NCBI GenBank assembly: GCA_963753975.1
Contig: CAVWEH010000001.1
Span: 256,001 to 320,000, forward strand
Source: an uncultured delta proteobacterium
GTDB lineage: Bacteria; Desulfobacterota; Syntrophia; Syntrophales; Smithellaceae
Length of the DNA: 64,000 nucleotides
Reading direction: 5' to 3'
The notes beneath the pieces are model-generated. The model worked only from the letters and a program-made list of their open reading frames with translations. It was not told the origin of the DNA and ran no database searches. A program made the position numbers and the translations under genes. Shown one piece after another: positions 59,891 through 64,000 of the stretch (position 1 is the first letter of the stretch; each line of letters opens with the position of its first letter).

Positions 59891-60718
59891 GTGCAACGGC
59901 TTAATGTGAGACAATCTCAGATTAGAGAATGTATTGAAAAATCGCTCTTCGCGATTGATCAAACACCGCATTTCCATAAAGGGGAAATCCTTCTTTTACA
60001 ACTCGTTAAAACTGAAGCTCAAGGTTTAGGCAAACTGCGCGCGCGAATTGAATTTGCGCTCGTCTATGACCGCTACGAAGCTGACTATGCAGGCGAGATA
60101 AGTCGTCAACATTGGCCGCAGGCGGGAAAGACATGGAAATATATTCTTGTTTGTTCCGATACAATACCCACTATTCCATTTAGTCTGGAAGAGCTGCAAC
60201 TTTCAAATAAGTATGCAGGCCAAACCAATCCTCTGGCAATTAGTCAAGAAGACGAAGTTGTAATATCTCCTTATGTGTGGGGTAAATTAACCGGCTACGA
60301 ACTCAGGGATACGTTTGGCCCGAGTTTGGTTAAAGAAACACTTGGTAATTATGACGTGATTACACATCCCAAAAAGCAAAAAAAGATTATTGTTCCTGAA
60401 CACGAAGAATTCTATCGCGATCCCTTTTTATCCGAATCTTTAAAAGCGCTTTATGATCACAGATGCCAGGTTTGCGGAATGAATTTTAGAATTAAGTACG
60501 AAGAGCCATTTGCAGAAACTCATCATATTGATTCTTTGAGTAGCGGAGGATTGGATATCAGCAAAAATATTATTGTCACCTGCCCGAATCATCATCGAAT
60601 AATCCACAAAACTAGCGCTGAATTTGATCGCGCAAAACTTTTATACAAATATCCAAATGGATTAGAAGAGCGGTTAGTATTAGCTGATCACTTCGAACAA
60701 AAATCATTTTGGGCGTAG
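59891..60718 (+). CDS. HNH endonuclease with uncharacterised N-terminal domain
   Basis: CQVCG..ETHHI..L..GG...NIIVTCPNHH. Confidence 0.82.
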   Translation: MQRLNVRQSQIRECIEKSLFAIDQTPHFHKGEILLLQLVKTEAQGLGKLRARIEFALVYDRYEADYAGEISRQHWPQAGKTWKYILVCSDTIPTIPFSLEELQLSNKYAGQTNPLAISQEDEVVISPYVWGKLTGYELRDTFGPSLVKETLGNYDVITHPKKQKKIIVPEHEEFYRDPFLSESLKALYDHRCQVCGMNFRIKYEEPFAETHHIDSLSSGGLDISKNIIVTCPNHHRIIHKTSAEFDRAKLLYKYPNGLEERLVLADHFEQKSFWA

Positions 60719-60796
60719 GCGCGAAAAAAACACAAAAAACGTTATTAATCAATATATTCGACATATTGCCGTATATTGACAGGCCTGGCAGGAAAT

Positions 60797-60843
60797 CAAA
60801 TTAGCGGCAATTTATTTGACTTATTGCCGATAATTTGTATACT
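60797..60843 (+). promoter_or_regulatory. Sigma70-type promoter with flanking inverted-repeat operator
   Basis: TTGACT (60816)-16 bp-TATACT; IR CAAATTAGCGGCAAT / ATTGCCGATAATTTG (1 mismatch). Confidence 0.7.
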
Positions 60844-61590
60844 AGCGCAAGGAGGCTTAGTAAAAAAACGGATAATTTATTTAAACATTTTGAAAATCGG
60901 GAATCGTTTACCACAAATGAAATTTTCGGTTTTTTCTCTCAAACACAGCCCAATATTAAAAAAGCAACCGTAAATTGGCGGATTTACAATCTTGTCCAAA
61001 AGGGTTTATTAAGAAAAATCGGTCGCGGAATATATTCTTTAGGCAAAGAAAATTGTTTCTCTCCAATTCTTGACAAGAAACAAAAAAATATTTTCGTCCT
61101 GATTAAAAAGCAATTCCCTCTTATCACCTTTTGCTGTTGGCATACTGCTTTGTTAAAAGAATTTTTTCAGCATGTATCAGTGTATGATTTTCTACTGGTC
61201 GAAGTGGAACGCGAAGCAATAGATTCCGTTTTTCTTTCTATCAAAGAGACTAACAAAGACACTTTCAAAGAACCGTCGCGCGATGTGATGGAAAATTATG
61301 TATTCAATGGCAAAGACGCTATAATTGTTAAATCCCTGATCAGCGAAGCTCCTCTTCAGGATATTGATAATATAATTGTGCCGACTATAGAAAAGATTCT
61401 TGTTGATTTATACGCAGATCGTGAAATTTTCTTTTTCCTGCAAGGCAATGAAATGCTGAGCATCTTCAAAAGCGCGCTGGGAAAATATACGGTTAATACG
61501 GACAGGCTTTTGCGTTACGCAAAAAGAAGGAATAAGAGAGAAGAACTGCAAAAAATATTAGCCCAAATAAACGGCAAAAATAGGGAATAG
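60835..61590 (+). CDS. AbiEi-like antitoxin / transcriptional regulator (DUF6577-like); start uncertain
   Basis: wHTH TVNWRIYNLVQKG..IGRGIY, LISEAP, PTIEKILVD, LLRYAKRR. Confidence 0.75.
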   Translation: MYTSARRLSKKTDNLFKHFENRESFTTNEIFGFFSQTQPNIKKATVNWRIYNLVQKGLLRKIGRGIYSLGKENCFSPILDKKQKNIFVLIKKQFPLITFCCWHTALLKEFFQHVSVYDFLLVEVEREAIDSVFLSIKETNKDTFKEPSRDVMENYVFNGKDAIIVKSLISEAPLQDIDNIIVPTIEKILVDLYADREIFFFLQGNEMLSIFKSALGKYTVNTDRLLRYAKRRNKREELQKILAQINGKNRE

Positions 61591-61605
61591 TGCCAAAAAT
61601 TTGAT

Positions 61606-62679
61606 ATGATTTCAAAAGACGCATTAAAACCGGAATGGATAAAGAAGGTATCTGCCGAAAACCGCAAGGCAGATAAGATTCTTGTTGAAAAAGTCATCCG
61701 CGCTTTGCTTCTTCTGGAAGGTCTTGCGGAAACCGGCTTGCCCTTTGTTTTTAAAGGCGGCACTTCCGTAATGCTGCTTCAGAAAATTCCCCGAAGATTT
61801 TCCATTGACATTGATATAATCGTACCGGAGAAGAAAAACTTTGAAGCGCTTTTTGCAAAATTCATTAAAGAGAAAAGCTTCACCAGATTTGAGTTTCAGA
61901 AAAGAGATTCGTCTTCAGAAATCAATAAACTCCACTACAAGTTTTTTTATACTCCTGCACATCAAAAGAATATTGCCGAAGACAATATCATGCTCGATAT
62001 TCTTATAGAATCATCAAAATACCAAAACGTTATTTCCCGAGACATTGATTTGTCGTTTGTCAAACAGGACGGATCACCTGCTCAGGTAAAAATTCCCAGC
62101 AAAGAAGATATTCTGGGCGATAAACTGACCGCCTTTGCGCCAAACACTACGGGAATTCCCTACCAAAAGAGCGGCTTTAGTATGGCCATGGAGATTATAA
62201 AACAATTATACGATATAGGGAATCTGTTCGAAGATATCAGCGATATAAAAGTGGTTGCCGAAACATTTAAAAATATCGCACAAACGGAAATGAAATACCG
62301 CGGACTTACGAAAGATGTAAAAATTGTATTGGATGATATTTTAGCCACAGCGCTTTGCCTCGCCACCAGGGGTAAGTCAGGCAAAGGTGACTTTGCGGCC
62401 CTGCAAAACGGTATATCGCAGACCAGAGCTTATATTTTCTCCGAAAGTTACCACATAGAAAAAGCCATTGTTCATGCGGCGCGCGCGGCGTATCTGACAA
62501 AACTCATTGATACCGGCGCCAATAAATTTGTCCGTTTTGAAAATGCCCAACAAATACTTGATTGGCAAATCGAAGCGCCGTTGGACACAAAGCTTAACAA
62601 ACTCAAGAAGAGCAACCCCGAGGCATTTTTCTATTGGTATCAGTTTTATTTGATAAATAAACGGGGCGACACAATTTAG
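61606..62679 (+). CDS. AbiEii/AbiGii family nucleotidyltransferase toxin
   Basis: FVFKGGTS, RRFSIDIDI, GDKLTAF, KQLYD. Confidence 0.88.
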   Translation: MISKDALKPEWIKKVSAENRKADKILVEKVIRALLLLEGLAETGLPFVFKGGTSVMLLQKIPRRFSIDIDIIVPEKKNFEALFAKFIKEKSFTRFEFQKRDSSSEINKLHYKFFYTPAHQKNIAEDNIMLDILIESSKYQNVISRDIDLSFVKQDGSPAQVKIPSKEDILGDKLTAFAPNTTGIPYQKSGFSMAMEIIKQLYDIGNLFEDISDIKVVAETFKNIAQTEMKYRGLTKDVKIVLDDILATALCLATRGKSGKGDFAALQNGISQTRAYIFSESYHIEKAIVHAARAAYLTKLIDTGANKFVRFENAQQILDWQIEAPLDTKLNKLKKSNPEAFFYWYQFYLINKRGDTI

Positions 62680-62755
62680 AAAGTATAACGTGGGCAATTA
62701 TATTTAATTGCTGAAACAATCGGGGACAGGTACAATTTTGAGACTAGGAGGATAA

Positions 62756-63097
62756 ATGGAAAGCATTCTTAAACTGCAAGCTGACATCTGTAAAATATTC
62801 GCCAATGATAAACGCTTGGAAATTATCAATTTGCTGAAGGACAAAGAAATGTCCAACGGCGAATTAATGCAAAAAACTGGCCTGACTAAAGTGAATATAT
62901 CTCAGCACATGAATGTTTTAAAGTCGAAAGGTGTCATTGTGGCACGGCGTGAAGGTGTCCAATTATATTATCGGATGGCCAATCCCAAAATAATTCAAGC
63001 CTGCAACCTGATGAAAGAGGTTTTGGTGGAACAGCTTATGGAAAAAGAAAAGATGGCTTCCATGATGGTTAAAGCTTCCAATAAACTTATAGCATGA
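62756..63097 (+). CDS. ArsR/SmtB family transcriptional regulator
   Basis: K.FAN..RLEII..L, NISQHMNVLK, RREG...YY. Confidence 0.88.
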   Translation: MESILKLQADICKIFANDKRLEIINLLKDKEMSNGELMQKTGLTKVNISQHMNVLKSKGVIVARREGVQLYYRMANPKIIQACNLMKEVLVEQLMEKEKMASMMVKASNKLIA

Positions 63098-63202
63098 ATA
63101 ATAATCAGGGTTCAAGAAAATCGGAACGGTTCTATTGAAGAGACGCGCATTTCGTGAAGAGTGAAACGTGCAGAGTGAAGGTTGCAGAGGTGTATGCCGG
63201 AA

Positions 63203-63298
63203 TTGCCTAACTGAAATAACTTAAACAATTAATTGTTAGGCAAAGTGTGGTTGACTTATTGCCTAACAATATTTATAATTTGGCAATATTGTTAGGCA
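63203..63298 (+). promoter_or_regulatory. Sigma70 promoter with two inverted-repeat operators
   Basis: TTGACT (63251)-17 bp-TATAAT (63274); perfect IR TGCCTAACAATATT / AATATTGTTAGGCA; second IR TTGCCTAAC/GTTAGGCAA upstream. Confidence 0.8.
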
Positions 63299-63307
63299 GA
63301 GGCGTTT

Positions 63308-63622
63308 ATGAGTGTTATAAAGGGTATCTTAGAAGAAGAGCTCAAACGATTGGAAGAACTCTTGGTTTTCTATAAGGAAAAGATTGCGCGAATCCCCGGC
63401 GGATCTATATCCGCCAAGGAGAGGGGAGGACAGCGATACCTCTATCTCGCGCGCCGTGAGGGCAAGAAAGTCATCTTCGATTATGTTGGCAAAGATGTCC
63501 CTGAAGTGCGGAATGTCCTCAATGATCGTATACGCCAAAGAAAGGAGTATCAGGTAAAACTACATCAAGTGAGGGAAAATCTTAAGGAAGTGAGAAAGGC
63601 TCTCCGTGGAAAAAAGGCATGA
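63308..63622 (+). CDS. Small basic helix-beta-helix protein, probable DNA-binding antitoxin partner
   Basis: PGGSI..K....YLYLARREGKKV...YVGK flanked by helices; overlaps the next gene. Confidence 0.65.
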   Translation: MSVIKGILEEELKRLEELLVFYKEKIARIPGGSISAKERGGQRYLYLARREGKKVIFDYVGKDVPEVRNVLNDRIRQRKEYQVKLHQVRENLKEVRKALRGKKA

Positions 63623-64000
63623 TTTGTTCTTCATTATATTGACCAAACTCGCTGAGGAAGACGTCCTTCAAGATATCATTCTCATAGGGGGCTGGTGCCC
63701 TCTCGTATACAAGGAGTACTTTGGTAATCCTGTGGAGATTTCCATGCAGCGGACGACAGATCTCGATTTCCTGGTGCCTAACCCTCCGCGTATACATAAG
63801 GATGTTGATGTCTCCCTGATTTTGGAAGGCTTTGGGTTGGACAAGAAAATATCGCTTCCGGATGGGTATGTGAAGTTTGTTCATCCGGATCTTGAAGTGG
63901 AATTTCTCACACCCGAAAGAGGCAGGGGTAGTAAAAAGCCTTACTCAATAAACAAACTCCACGTGAATGCCCAAGGATTACGATATCTGGATCTTCTCCA
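63606..64000 (+). CDS. GSU2403-like nucleotidyltransferase-fold protein, 3' partial (not in ORF track)
   Basis: Manual translation from GTG 63606: MEKRHDLF..ILIGGWC..RTTDLDF..VEFLTP..NAQGLRYLDLL, open to the window end. Confidence 0.75.
   Translation, partial: MEKRHDLFFIILTKLAEEDVLQDIILIGGWCPLVYKEYFGNPVEISMQRTTDLDFLVPNPPRIHKDVDVSLILEGFGLDKKISLPDGYVKFVHPDLEVEFLTPERGRGSKKPYSINKLHVNAQGLRYLDLL

Noticed and set aside
62660..62740. GGGGACAG-like motif before arsR as an element end
   Set aside because: It is a single short match with no clear partner; insufficient support.
1..64000. Numerous antisense or overlapping short ORFs, and tRNA/rRNA genes
   Set aside because: The short ORFs are shadows of well-supported genes or of repeats and have no motifs; no tRNA or rRNA signature was recognised by eye.

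Overview
This is a bacterial chromosomal window. Gene content and repeat style suggest an anaerobic Desulfobacterota member, probably Syntrophales/Smithella-like (inference). Housekeeping blocks include a gltD/nfnB-like gene, paaK-ACT, trxA-bamD, nadK-recN-argA-mltA, HU-trpS-scpAB-rluB-IHF and Fe-SOD. Accessory segments include a 9-PAS HD-GYP protein and two metal ABC uptake clusters, one headed by a His/Cys-rich RAPP leader peptide and one by a Fur-family regulator with a palindromic box. A kdpABC operon sits under a c-di-AMP (ydaO-type) riboswitch, followed by a kinase-less KdpD and no kdpE. A defence island at the right end carries truncated rhuM, GIY-YIG, radC, a type I RM system, an HNH nuclease and two nucleotidyltransferase-type TA pairs. 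The most unusual signals are non-coding. (1) A family of nested, covarying hairpin units with tandem GA mismatches and C(GNA)G loops occurs in four clusters and looks like structured single-stranded DNA elements. (2) A family of ~90-105 bp elements with CCCCGTTAGA/TCTAACGGGG inverted ends separates consecutive genes, donates stop codons, RBSs and start codons, and in one case encloses a small GIY-YIG nuclease. No rRNA, tRNA or CRISPR array was seen. All calls come from reading the sequence; no database search was run.
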